DNA of 41,358 nucleotides from Candidatus Daviesbacteria bacterium RIFCSPHIGHO2_02_FULL_39_12 (GTDB lineage Bacteria; Patescibacteriota; Microgenomatia; Daviesbacterales; UBA10151): assembly GCA_001777055.1 (NCBI GenBank), contig MFCX01000032.1, positions 1 through 41,358 of the forward strand. The letters run 5' to 3'. A program made the position numbers and the translations under genes. Shown here piece by piece: positions 1-8,048 of this stretch (position 1 is its first letter; every line of letters begins with the position of its first letter). The notes under the pieces are model-generated. The model saw only the letters and a list, made by a program, of their open reading frames with translations. It searched no databases and was not told the DNA's origin.

Positions 1-464
1 CCAAAAAGCTTAAGATCCCTATAGATCAGGAAGAAGTTACCCAACTATCTAAAAGAGCCCGCGGTACACCTAGGATTGCCTTAAAACTTTTAAAAAGAGT
101 AAGGGATGTTACTGAAGTTCATGGACAGGGAAAAGTGACTAAAGAGCTTTTAAGTCAAACGCTAGATTTACTTGAGGTTGACCCTCTTGGGCTTGATGAT
201 TCAGATAGAAGATTACTTTTAACTATAATTGATAAATTTAACGGCGGACCGGTAGGAATAGAGACTTTGGCTGCCACTATTTCTGAGGATATTGGTACTA
301 TTGAGGAGGTTATTGAGCCATATCTTATGCAGGTTGGCTTTTTAAAGCGTACTTCCAGAGGGCGAGTAGTTACCGAGTCAGCCTATATACATTTAGGTAA
401 AGTTGTTCCTTCGTCGACTGAACAGAAATCATTAGAAGGTACTAAAAAAGGGTCATCATCCTAA
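1..464 (+). CDS. ruvB: Holliday junction helicase RuvB, C-terminal part (5' end lies outside the window)
   Basis: Frame 3 is open from base 3. The translation ...SKRARGTPRIALKLLKRVRDV...DRRLLLTIIDKFNGGPVGIETLAATISEDIGTIEEVIEPYLMQVGFLKRTSRGRVVT matches the conserved RuvB C-terminal winged-helix region. Confidence 0.9.
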   Translation, partial: KKLKIPIDQEEVTQLSKRARGTPRIALKLLKRVRDVTEVHGQGKVTKELLSQTLDLLEVDPLGLDDSDRRLLLTIIDKFNGGPVGIETLAATISEDIGTIEEVIEPYLMQVGFLKRTSRGRVVTESAYIHLGKVVPSSTEQKSLEGTKKGSSS

Positions 465-515
465 CGTGTTATTCCCTCTGGAGGTAATTTTATGATAATC
501 TGTATATAAGAGTAT

Positions 516-1289
516 ATGGAATCTGGAACTGACGGGTCTGCACCGCTACCTACGCCCAAATCAGAGTCTCGGTTAGGGGGGTTTGGTGGTATTAAAAAAT
601 GGTTAGAAAAACGAGGTCTTTCAAGACATGGACATTCACGACAGGAAGTTTTATCTGAAGATGCTCCTCAAACAATGAGCGAGGTAGTGACCTCTGTTTC
701 TCTACCTGAAAACTTAGTAAAGCCTGAAATTCCTATACCAGGTGTTGCTTCAATTCCCGAAGGCAATATCCGTCTGTTTCATTTCACATATCCCGAAAAT
801 CTTGACAGTATTCGGAGTCGCGGAATCACCAGCCCAAACGTAGACATAAATGAGAATGGGTTGAATAGTGCTCCCAATAGTACTTGGGTTTACTCAGACT
901 TGAATTTTAATGAACTCCCTGAATGGACAATTGGGATACCATTCCTTGAGTTTTCTGCACCACCCAACGAAATGGGTCCACACAATGCGGTTGGAAAAGA
1001 GGGTACCGCTAGAACGTTAAAGCCTGGAATTAATATACCCTTAGAAAGGATCGTTGCTATTCACGAGCCATGGCATGAAATGGTTCGTCAATCTAACAAT
1101 GGTGTTATTGATCCTGAATGGCTGAAATCCTATACGGATAGATCCGTACAAGTTGCTGGTACGAGAGGTACTCGTGGAGGCTACACTAATTATAGTGAAA
1201 TTGCTAGACAGAAGCAGTACCTTGAATCACAGGTTATTGAGGCCAATAAATATCTTAATTCCCCCGACAACCAGCCAGAGCTGGTATAA
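516..1289 (+). CDS. hypothetical protein (257 aa)
   Basis: ATG-initiated ORF in a compact same-strand block between ruvB and ychF. I recognise no motif. Confidence 0.55.
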   Translation: MESGTDGSAPLPTPKSESRLGGFGGIKKWLEKRGLSRHGHSRQEVLSEDAPQTMSEVVTSVSLPENLVKPEIPIPGVASIPEGNIRLFHFTYPENLDSIRSRGITSPNVDINENGLNSAPNSTWVYSDLNFNELPEWTIGIPFLEFSAPPNEMGPHNAVGKEGTARTLKPGINIPLERIVAIHEPWHEMVRQSNNGVIDPEWLKSYTDRSVQVAGTRGTRGGYTNYSEIARQKQYLESQVIEANKYLNSPDNQPELV

Positions 1290-1298
1290 TCTCAAAAT

Positions 1299-2435
1299 AT
1301 GGTCAAAGCGGGGATTGTGGGTCTCCCGAATGTAGGGAAGTCAACATTATTTAATGCCCTTTTAAAAAAGAGGGTGGCTTTGAGCGCTAACTATCCATTT
1401 GCTACCATTGAGCCAAATATTGGGGTTGTTGCTGTGCCGGATGCCCGCCTCAGCAAGCTAGGCGAGCTGGTAAAAGAGGAGGAACATATGGATCAAATGC
1501 CTCCCCTGGTACCGGCAGTAGTCGAATTCGTCGACATTGCGGGTTTAGTTAAAGGCGCTTCAACCGGCGCAGGTTTGGGTAATCAGTTTTTATCACATAT
1601 AAGAGAGGTGGATGCTATTTTGCATGTAATCAGGGATTTTGAGGATGTTGAAGTAATTAGGGAAGGCAGTATTAGTCCTGATGAGGATAAATTGACTATA
1701 GAAATAGAATTGGGGTTGGCTGATCTGCAGACTATAGAAAAAGTTCAAAGTTCAAAGTTCCCCGGCCTCGCTCCGCGAAGCCACGCCAAAGGCGGGCGAA
1801 GCGGGGCGGGCAAAGTTCAAAGCGACAATTTAAAATTCAAAGTTTCTGCAATAGAAAAAATCAGAGTAGTCTTAAATGCAGGGCAAATGGCAAATGCAGC
1901 AAATTTAACAGATGACGAACAGGAGGTGGTTCGGGAATTACATTTACTTACACTCAAGCCAATCTTATATGCCTATAATGTTTCCGAAGCAGAGTACGCA
2001 GATAAACTGCGAGATTCTTCGTTAATCACTCAGAATGACAAGTTTGTTATATGTGCAAAGGTTGAGGAAGAGCTAGCTGATTTGACAGAGGAAGAAAGAA
2101 TTGAGTACTTAAAAGAGTTAGGAATTGAGGAGACGGGTTTGGAGAGATTAATTAAAAAGGCCTACTTTTTTTTGGGGCTAATCTCATTTTTAACAGCTGG
2201 CAAAAAAGAAGTTAGGGCTTGGACTATAAAGCGGGGAACTAAAGCTCCACAGGCTGCAGGAGTAATTCATACTGACTTTGAGAAAAAATTTATAAGAGCA
2301 GAAGTTGTAGAGTATGGCAAATTAATAGAAGCAGGCTCTCATTCGGCTGCTAAAACAAAAGGCTGGGTAAGAACTGAAGGTAAAGATTATATTATGCAAG
2401 ATGGAGATGTTGTGGAATTTTTAATTGGGAGTTAA
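1299..2435 (+). CDS. ychF: ribosome-binding ATPase YchF (Obg-like GTPase family)
   Basis: G1 motif GLPNVGKST, DIAGLVKGAS and NQFL are present. The C-terminal TGS-type region reads AWTIKRGTKAPQAAGVIHTDFEKKFIRAEV. The helical insert region carries a repeat-derived segment (see repeat 1740-1845). Confidence 0.93.
   Translation: MVKAGIVGLPNVGKSTLFNALLKKRVALSANYPFATIEPNIGVVAVPDARLSKLGELVKEEEHMDQMPPLVPAVVEFVDIAGLVKGASTGAGLGNQFLSHIREVDAILHVIRDFEDVEVIREGSISPDEDKLTIEIELGLADLQTIEKVQSSKFPGLAPRSHAKGGRSGAGKVQSDNLKFKVSAIEKIRVVLNAGQMANAANLTDDEQEVVRELHLLTLKPILYAYNVSEAEYADKLRDSSLITQNDKFVICAKVEEELADLTEEERIEYLKELGIEETGLERLIKKAYFFLGLISFLTAGKKEVRAWTIKRGTKAPQAAGVIHTDFEKKFIRAEVVEYGKLIEAGSHSAAKTKGWVRTEGKDYIMQDGDVVEFLIGS
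1740..1845. repeat. in-frame composite repeat inside ychF: AAAGTTC heptamers flanking a GC-rich imperfect palindrome
   Basis: AAAGTTC x3 (1740-1760), then cccggcctcgctccgcgaagccacgccaaaggcgggcgaagcggggcggg, then further caaagttc / aaattcaaagtt copies. It translates as KVQSSKFPGLAPRSHAKGGRSGAGKVQSDNLKFKV. The 12-mer cctcgctccgcg (1766-1777) recurs in galU at 27464-27475. Confidence 0.7.
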
Positions 2436-3445
2436 AACTTATCTTTGGGCCGGAATTGATGAGATTCAATTTCATAATATGCTCCTTTTGTTACTCCTTT
2501 TTTTCTAATAAACCCACTATTTTGTAGCTTTTTCAAATCATAACGTAAGGTTCTTTCATTTACCGCCATAAACCTTCTTCTAATTTCATCAAAACTGACT
2601 AATTTGTGATCCTCTATGATACTTAGAATCTCAGCCCTCCTTGGAAGAAGGTAGTCTACGGCTTTTGATTGTTGTTTTGCTAAAACTTCTCTTTTGCCAT
2701 CTTCTGCGCTTTTAGCAATAACTTCCAGCATAAATTCCAAATAATCAGTAGTGTCTTTTTCTGGTTCATCTAAGGATCTATAATAATTATTTCTTTCTTG
2801 GTCTAAGTATTCCTCTAGGGCAAGTAGACCCTTCATTCCATAACCGCCTTTGGCCAAGATTGCCAACAAAAGTAATCTGCCAACTCTACCATTACCATCC
2901 AAAAAGGGATGAATTTTTTCAAAAATATAATGGGCAAGACAGGCTCTTATGGGAATAAATTGCTCCTTATTACTATTTATAAACATAAATAATTTATTTA
3001 TATGGGAGATAATCTGACTTGGTTTGGGAGGTAGGTAAATAGCAATACCAGCAGTGTTAAAAATAGCACTACTTTCTGTTCTGAATTTCCCCAAATCGCT
3101 TTTTTGAACAATTTCTTCTAGTACAATTTGATGAAAATGCAAGATATCTTTGAGACTTAACTCTTTTGCACTTCTTTGATAAATCAAATTTAAGCCTTTT
3201 AAAATATTGAACACTTCTTTTTTCTTTTGATCCTGAGAGGATGTTTTAGGTAATTGATCTAAGGTTAAATCGTTTCCTTCAATACGAGCAGAAAAAAGTG
3301 AGCTTTTAAGGGTGGATTGTCTTCTGATATTCATTTCAATTTCAGGAGGGATTGAAACAGAATTGATTACTTCTTTACTTGATTCAATTGAAGCAAGGAG
3401 TTGTGAAATTTTAGGGATGAGAGTGTATTTTGGAGGAATTAACAT
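2432..3445 (-). CDS. Fic family protein (putative AMPylase) with N-terminal inhibitory helix and C-terminal wHTH
   Basis: HPFLDGNGRVGRLL matches the Fic motif HxFx(D/E)GNGRxxR. SARIEG matches the (S/T)xxxE(G/N) inhibitory motif. The basic C-terminal tail resembles a winged helix. Confidence 0.9.
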   Translation of the reverse strand: MLIPPKYTLIPKISQLLASIESSKEVINSVSIPPEIEMNIRRQSTLKSSLFSARIEGNDLTLDQLPKTSSQDQKKKEVFNILKGLNLIYQRSAKELSLKDILHFHQIVLEEIVQKSDLGKFRTESSAIFNTAGIAIYLPPKPSQIISHINKLFMFINSNKEQFIPIRACLAHYIFEKIHPFLDGNGRVGRLLLLAILAKGGYGMKGLLALEEYLDQERNNYYRSLDEPEKDTTDYLEFMLEVIAKSAEDGKREVLAKQQSKAVDYLLPRRAEILSIIEDHKLVSFDEIRRRFMAVNERTLRYDLKKLQNSGFIRKKGVTKGAYYEIESHQFRPKDKF

Positions 3446-3450
3446 TATTG

Positions 3451-3493
3451 CCTAATATTACCAAATATTTCCTAATATTACCAGATATTACCG
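3451..3493 (-). promoter_or_regulatory. direct repeats (cctaatattacca x2 plus gatattaccg) immediately upstream of the Fic start; possible promoter/operator
   Basis: On the minus strand this reads cGGTAATATctGGTAATATTAGGaaatattTGGTAATATTAGGcaataATG. It contains TAATAT -10-like hexamers. Confidence 0.3.
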
Positions 3494-3533
3494 AAAATTC
3501 TAATTTCTAAGCTTAAAATGATCTCAGTATTTT

Positions 3534-4927
3534 CTCATTGAATAATGAGCATGAAACGTCTTTTAAAAATCGATAGGTTTTAGATTAATTTTGTCAAATA
3601 ATTTAGTCTTTTCTTCATCCATGATACTAGCATATTCATTGTCAGATTGCTGCATGGAAATTTGATCAAGTTGGTTAAAAGTAATTCCTGGTTTTAAATA
3701 TTTTTTGGCATTAGGAATATTCTTTAATGCCTCATATGGGGTGAGGTAGGTTTTGTATATTTTCTTCTGTTTACCTTTAGAGTTTGTGGTAATGGTAGCA
3801 AACCCACAAGGCCTATGGAAGTTAAGATATGGGTTAAAAACCTTTAAGTAAAAGTCATTAATCTCTGGGGCATATTTCTGATGGATGTAGAAATACCCCA
3901 TGTGTTTTCTGATGATTGAGCCATTTTTGCTCTCAACTAAGGCATTGTCATTTGTTTGTCTGGCTCTGGATTTAGTCAGTCTGATTAAGAGTTTGTTTAA
4001 AAGTCGGGCTACAGTTTTGTTGATGTATTCAGAGCCGTTATCTGCATGAAACTCAATGATGATAAATGGGTATTGCTCAATGATTAACTTTAAAATTGGT
4101 TCCAGGTAGGATTCAGAGATTTGTTCCACTGAAGCAATGATTTCCCATTGAGTTATCTCATCAACTGAGTTGATGTGGTAAACACCTTTGGTATACTTTT
4201 GTCCACCAGATTGTCCTTTATCTACCAAATCTGTGGCTAAATCACCCTGATGGACAGTATCTATCCTGATATATCCGGGTTTACCTTGAGGCTCCGGTTT
4301 TGCCCTTTCTCCAATATTTCTCTGGACTGCCTGGGTGTTTTTAAAGGTTAAATTTTTAGATAAATATATTCTGGTAGTTCTTAACCGATAGATTGTGGCA
4401 ACTGAAATATGACTGATGCTTTCATACTCAGTTTTACCATATTTTTGGTACTCCCTGATTAAAATCTTCTGAGTAGCAGGACCGTTAAGTCTTTGGTGAA
4501 CATTGTCAGTTTTACACAAAAGGACAATATCCCCCGGAGAATATCTAGTTGGGAAAGAATGTCTCTCATACTCTACAAAGGCCAGCCTACCCTTTAAATA
4601 TTTAGCGATTAATCTTGAGAGTTGGGCATTTGAATAACCGGTAATCTTTTGGATATATTCCCTGACTTCTCCTCTGTCACCTTTCCTTAACTTTCTGAAA
4701 TTAAACCTCACTAAAACTTCCTTTACCCATTCATACTTTTGTTTCTTGGAACCCCCTGAAAACTTAACAGGCAGGTTTCCATTTAGGAATTTCCCCAGAG
4801 CATTAAAGTCATTTAAGTTTGTATCAATCATAGTTATATTCATAACCTATGATTTTACAAGACCTTAGCTTCTACATGCTCATCTTGTACTGGAATTACC
4901 AGTTATTTCATGCTCATCTTGTATGAG
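3534..4927 (-). mobile_element. insertion sequence carrying one DDE transposase; boundaries approximate
   Basis: A 12-bp terminal inverted repeat pairs ATGAGCATGAAA (3545-3556) with TTTCATGCTCAT (4906-4917). Both ends also carry CTCAT-N5/6-ATGAG mini-palindromes (3534-3549, 4913-4927). The right end has a 15-nt direct repeat catgctcatcttgta (4875-4889, 4909-4923). Confidence 0.5.
3563..4843 (-). CDS. DDE-type transposase/integrase (rve-like catalytic core)
   Basis: The D, D, E contexts IRIDTVHQGD ... FHADNGSEYIN ... NALVESKNGSIIRK are typical of retroviral-integrase-type cores. The N-terminal region is HTH-like. The IS family is not assigned. Confidence 0.8.
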   Translation of the reverse strand: MNITMIDTNLNDFNALGKFLNGNLPVKFSGGSKKQKYEWVKEVLVRFNFRKLRKGDRGEVREYIQKITGYSNAQLSRLIAKYLKGRLAFVEYERHSFPTRYSPGDIVLLCKTDNVHQRLNGPATQKILIREYQKYGKTEYESISHISVATIYRLRTTRIYLSKNLTFKNTQAVQRNIGERAKPEPQGKPGYIRIDTVHQGDLATDLVDKGQSGGQKYTKGVYHINSVDEITQWEIIASVEQISESYLEPILKLIIEQYPFIIIEFHADNGSEYINKTVARLLNKLLIRLTKSRARQTNDNALVESKNGSIIRKHMGYFYIHQKYAPEINDFYLKVFNPYLNFHRPCGFATITTNSKGKQKKIYKTYLTPYEALKNIPNAKKYLKPGITFNQLDQISMQQSDNEYASIMDEEKTKLFDKINLKPIDF

Positions 4928-4977
4928 ACAAGACTATCTCTTGAATTATCTCTTGCTCCTTAGTACAATATCGTTTC

Positions 4978-5286
4978 ATGAATAGTTATTATTTAACTTT
5001 GGTTCTAAAAGTTGATTTGGAAGACAAAGAGAAAAAGGCTCTTTTGGACTCTATTACCAAAAAATTACTAGGAGAAGATGGTAAAATGGAAAAGGAAGAT
5101 ATATGGGGAAGCAAAGATTTAGCATATCCAATCAAAAGGCAGACTAAGGGGGATATGGTTCACTTTGAGATTACGGCTGATCCTAAAAATGCTAAGGCTA
5201 TTGACAAAACATTAAAGTTGGAAGAAGATATATTGCGTTATCTTTTGGTAAGGGTTAAGGGGCAGACTCTTCACGCTTTACCCTAA
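4978..5286 (+). CDS. rpsF: 30S ribosomal protein S6
   Basis: YYLTLVLKVDL...WGSKDLAYPIKRQTKGDMVHFE...ILRYLLVRV matches S6. It sits in the conserved rpsF-ssb-rpsR order. Confidence 0.9.
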   Translation: MNSYYLTLVLKVDLEDKEKKALLDSITKKLLGEDGKMEKEDIWGSKDLAYPIKRQTKGDMVHFEITADPKNAKAIDKTLKLEEDILRYLLVRVKGQTLHALP

Positions 5287-5289
5287 CAT

Positions 5290-5820
5290 ATGGCATCAAG
5301 ATCTTGGAATAGGGTTGAACTAATAGGTAACTTAACAAGGGATCCTGAACTCCGATATACTCCAAATGGCGCTGCTGTTTGTACGTTTGGCTTGGCCACC
5401 AATAGAACATATATTTCCGAAGGCGAGAAGAGAGAAGAAGTTGATTTTCATAGACTGGTAGCCTGGAATAAACTGGCAGAGCTTTGTAACCAGCTGCTTA
5501 AAAAGGGTACTAAAGTTTTTATCTCCGGCAGATTGCAAACCCGTTCCTGGGAAGGTCAGGACGGAATACAAAGACAAACCACGGAAGTTGTGATAGAAGA
5601 TATGATTATACTCTCGCCCCGACAAAATGGTGAAGTTACAGCGCCGCCACTGTCTGAACCGCCACTGCCTGAAGAAGTTAATGCAGAGGCAGTAATTCAA
5701 GCTAAATCTAAGGCTGAAGAAAAGGAAGAGCCAAAGAAAGCTGAAGAAGCTAAACCTGCTGAAATAAAAAAGACTTCTCCCCAAGAAGATATCAAAGACG
5801 ATGAGGATCTTCCATTCTAG
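5290..5820 (+). CDS. ssb: single-stranded DNA-binding protein
   Basis: OB-fold N-terminus NRVELIGNLTRDPELRYTPNGAAVCTFGLATNR...FHRLVAWNKLAE. An acidic/Pro-rich tail ends in the canonical DDEDLPF tip. Confidence 0.93.
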   Translation: MASRSWNRVELIGNLTRDPELRYTPNGAAVCTFGLATNRTYISEGEKREEVDFHRLVAWNKLAELCNQLLKKGTKVFISGRLQTRSWEGQDGIQRQTTEVVIEDMIILSPRQNGEVTAPPLSEPPLPEEVNAEAVIQAKSKAEEKEEPKKAEEAKPAEIKKTSPQEDIKDDEDLPF

Positions 5821-5847
5821 TATACTTTAATATATAATCTCCAAATT

Positions 5848-6198
5848 ATGGCTGAGAAGAAAAAGATTACCAGAAAAGTAATATCGTCTAAATTGCCCCG
5901 CAAAGAGGAAACTTTGCAGCAGACATCGGAACAATTTACCCAAGTAAGTAGGGAAGCAAAAACTAATCAGAGCTTGCCTTTTTCTGATGAAAAACGTAAA
6001 AGGGGTTGTTATTTTTGCCAGCGCCAAAATAGCCCCTCTTATACAGATTTGGCTACATTAAAAAAATATTTAACAGATAGAGTTAAAATTTTACCACGGT
6101 TCCGGTCAGCCCTTTGCGCAAAACACCAAAGAGAAATTGCTAAAAATATAAAATATGCCAGACATTTAGCATTGCTGCCGTTTGTCCCCAAAGTTTGA
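5848..6198 (+). CDS. rpsR: 30S ribosomal protein S18 with about 45-aa N-terminal extension
   Basis: CYFCQRQNSPSYTDLATLKKYLTDRVKILPRFRSALCAKHQREIAKNIKYARHLALLPF matches the S18 core. Confidence 0.9.
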   Translation: MAEKKKITRKVISSKLPRKEETLQQTSEQFTQVSREAKTNQSLPFSDEKRKRGCYFCQRQNSPSYTDLATLKKYLTDRVKILPRFRSALCAKHQREIAKNIKYARHLALLPFVPKV

Positions 6199-6230
6199 CT
6201 AACTTACTTAAGTGACTTAAGATATTTAAG

Positions 6231-6893
6231 ATGCCCAAGGCTAGCGGTCCTTTTGATAGTTTTGATAATCTTGATAAGATAGATATAAATTCAGTTTTAT
6301 ACTGGCTTAAAACTCCTCCCGCACCTGCTAAATTAGAAGATTATTTGGCTAATAAAATATTATATCCTAGCGCCTTTTCCCTCTCCATTGATGATATGAA
6401 AATTGATCTGGCAATTTTAAGGGAGGCTTTAAGGATGAATGGTCCAAAGCCAGGGCAGAAAATGGGACCTTTGTTAGGGGATAATCCGTTTTTAAATTTT
6501 ACCTTAAGAAAGATTATTATTCCGCAAAACTTTTTACGTTTTTATCCTGATCTTGTCAGTTTAACCTGGGCCTTTGTAGACGGTTTGCTTTTAAACAGAA
6601 AAAAAGAAGATTGGTTTGGAGATCTTTGGATAGTGGTGGTATCGGATGATATAGATGAGGTAGTCGGAACAGTATTACTGCCGCAGTTTATGAATTTACA
6701 AGCCAGTTTGGAGTTTAATTTGTTGGGTAATACCTACAAAGTAAGGGTGGGCAGTTTGACTGTTTTACCCTGTCCGAAAGAGCGGTGCGAGCTATCTTAT
6801 AAAGTTTCAGGCGGACAGATTTTAGGTAAAAATGAAAGCGCGCTGGAAGTTTATGGCGGCAGATTGGGACTGATGATAGACGGAAGGGTTTAA
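6231..6893 (+). CDS. hypothetical protein (220 aa)
   Basis: ATG ORF, 7 nt upstream of the next gene on the same strand. No recognisable motif. Confidence 0.6.
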   Translation: MPKASGPFDSFDNLDKIDINSVLYWLKTPPAPAKLEDYLANKILYPSAFSLSIDDMKIDLAILREALRMNGPKPGQKMGPLLGDNPFLNFTLRKIIIPQNFLRFYPDLVSLTWAFVDGLLLNRKKEDWFGDLWIVVVSDDIDEVVGTVLLPQFMNLQASLEFNLLGNTYKVRVGSLTVLPCPKERCELSYKVSGGQILGKNESALEVYGGRLGLMIDGRV

Positions 6894-6899
6894 ACTATT

Positions 6900-8036
6900 A
6901 TGCAAATACCCCAAACAGTCAGAGTAGAAAAAGATGTGATTGTCAGAATCCATAGAAATTTAAGGGGTAAAGGCAGCTTAAATGTGGCCAAAAATCAACA
7001 GGTGAGCCCTTCTGATATTTTGGGCACTGCCCAACTTTCTTCCGGGTTTAGAATCTTAAACTTGGCCAAGCTTTTACAAGTTGCGCCCCCAAACGTAGAA
7101 AAGTTTCTAAAAAGGGGTCTGGGACAAAGGATTTATAAAGGGGAGTTACTGGCCGGCAAAAGCGGCAGGTTGTTTGGCAGCCAATATATAGTGACTTCTC
7201 CAAGTGATGGTGTGCTGGATTTTTTAAACCCTGCGACAGGGGAATTGAAGCTCACTTTTTTACCCAGGAAAATAGATCTTCCGGCAGGTGTTTACGGGAT
7301 CGTTGAGGAAGCAGATTATGAAAAAGGGTTGGTAGTAATTAGAACTCAGTCAACCTTAATACATGGATTATTCGGCTCCGGGAAACTGCGGGATGGGAAT
7401 TTGCAAATAGTCAGTAAAAGAGATGAGTTTATTTCCAACTTGTCAATATTATCAAAACTAACCGATCAAATAATTGTATTAGGCAGTATAATTTCCAAAG
7501 AAGCCATAGGAGAGGCAATCTCAGCAGAAACTAACGGCATAATTTGCGGCGGAATTGCGGCCGGAGACTATAAAGCGATGGCAGGAGGCAGATTAAGCTT
7601 TCCCCACAAATTGGAAAACGATATCGGGATTTCTGTTGTAGTTTGTGAAGGCTTTGGCGCTGCTGCGATCGGGGAAGATATTTATCAGGTTCTTGTGCAA
7701 CATAACGGCCGGTTTGCTTCCATTAACGGCAACAGGGCAACAATCTACTTACCTTCTTTTGAATCCAGTAGTATAATACGGGTAAAGAATACTAATCTGC
7801 CTTCTTTAGCGGATACGTCCACTGCCGAGGAGGAAAGCATAAGAAGGGTTGAGTTGAAACCGGGTTTGAAAGTGAGGGTAGTTGGCAATTCATTTTTGGG
7901 TGAGCAGGGGAAGGTTTTGGTCATTGATAAAACAGAAACTATTTTGCCTTCCGGCATTAAAGATGTGATGGTAACAATAGCAACCAGCCGACGCAAAATC
8001 CAAATTCCCGTAAACAATCTGGAAGTGATAGAATAA
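6900..8036 (+). CDS. hypothetical protein (378 aa) with possible barrel-sandwich and C-terminal KOW-like segments
   Basis: VTSPSDGVLDFLNPATGELKL resembles lipoyl/hybrid-barrel motifs. LKPGLKVRVVGNSFLGEQGKVLVIDK is KOW-like. This is a weak, motif-level call only. Confidence 0.6.
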   Translation: MQIPQTVRVEKDVIVRIHRNLRGKGSLNVAKNQQVSPSDILGTAQLSSGFRILNLAKLLQVAPPNVEKFLKRGLGQRIYKGELLAGKSGRLFGSQYIVTSPSDGVLDFLNPATGELKLTFLPRKIDLPAGVYGIVEEADYEKGLVVIRTQSTLIHGLFGSGKLRDGNLQIVSKRDEFISNLSILSKLTDQIIVLGSIISKEAIGEAISAETNGIICGGIAAGDYKAMAGGRLSFPHKLENDIGISVVVCEGFGAAAIGEDIYQVLVQHNGRFASINGNRATIYLPSFESSSIIRVKNTNLPSLADTSTAEEESIRRVELKPGLKVRVVGNSFLGEQGKVLVIDKTETILPSGIKDVMVTIATSRRKIQIPVNNLEVIE

Positions 8037-8048
8037 TCTATTTAAATT

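Noticed and set aside
5332-5784. 150-aa antisense ORF inside ssb. Similar shadow ORFs occur inside other well-supported genes (1153-1335, 5827-6027, 7745-8017, 8360-8587, 9418-10140, 11310-11618, 11760-12024, 12550-13200, 13683-13949, 16168-16423, 19454-19687, 26637-26828, 29306-29539, 30797-31649, 33298-33504, 34736-35014, 36092-36724, 37483-38299, 38789-39028, 39616-40234).
   Set aside because: Each lies entirely within, or antisense to, a gene with strong motif support. The translations are low-complexity or Cys/Phe/Leu-rich, as is typical of off-frame reading. No independent signals were seen.
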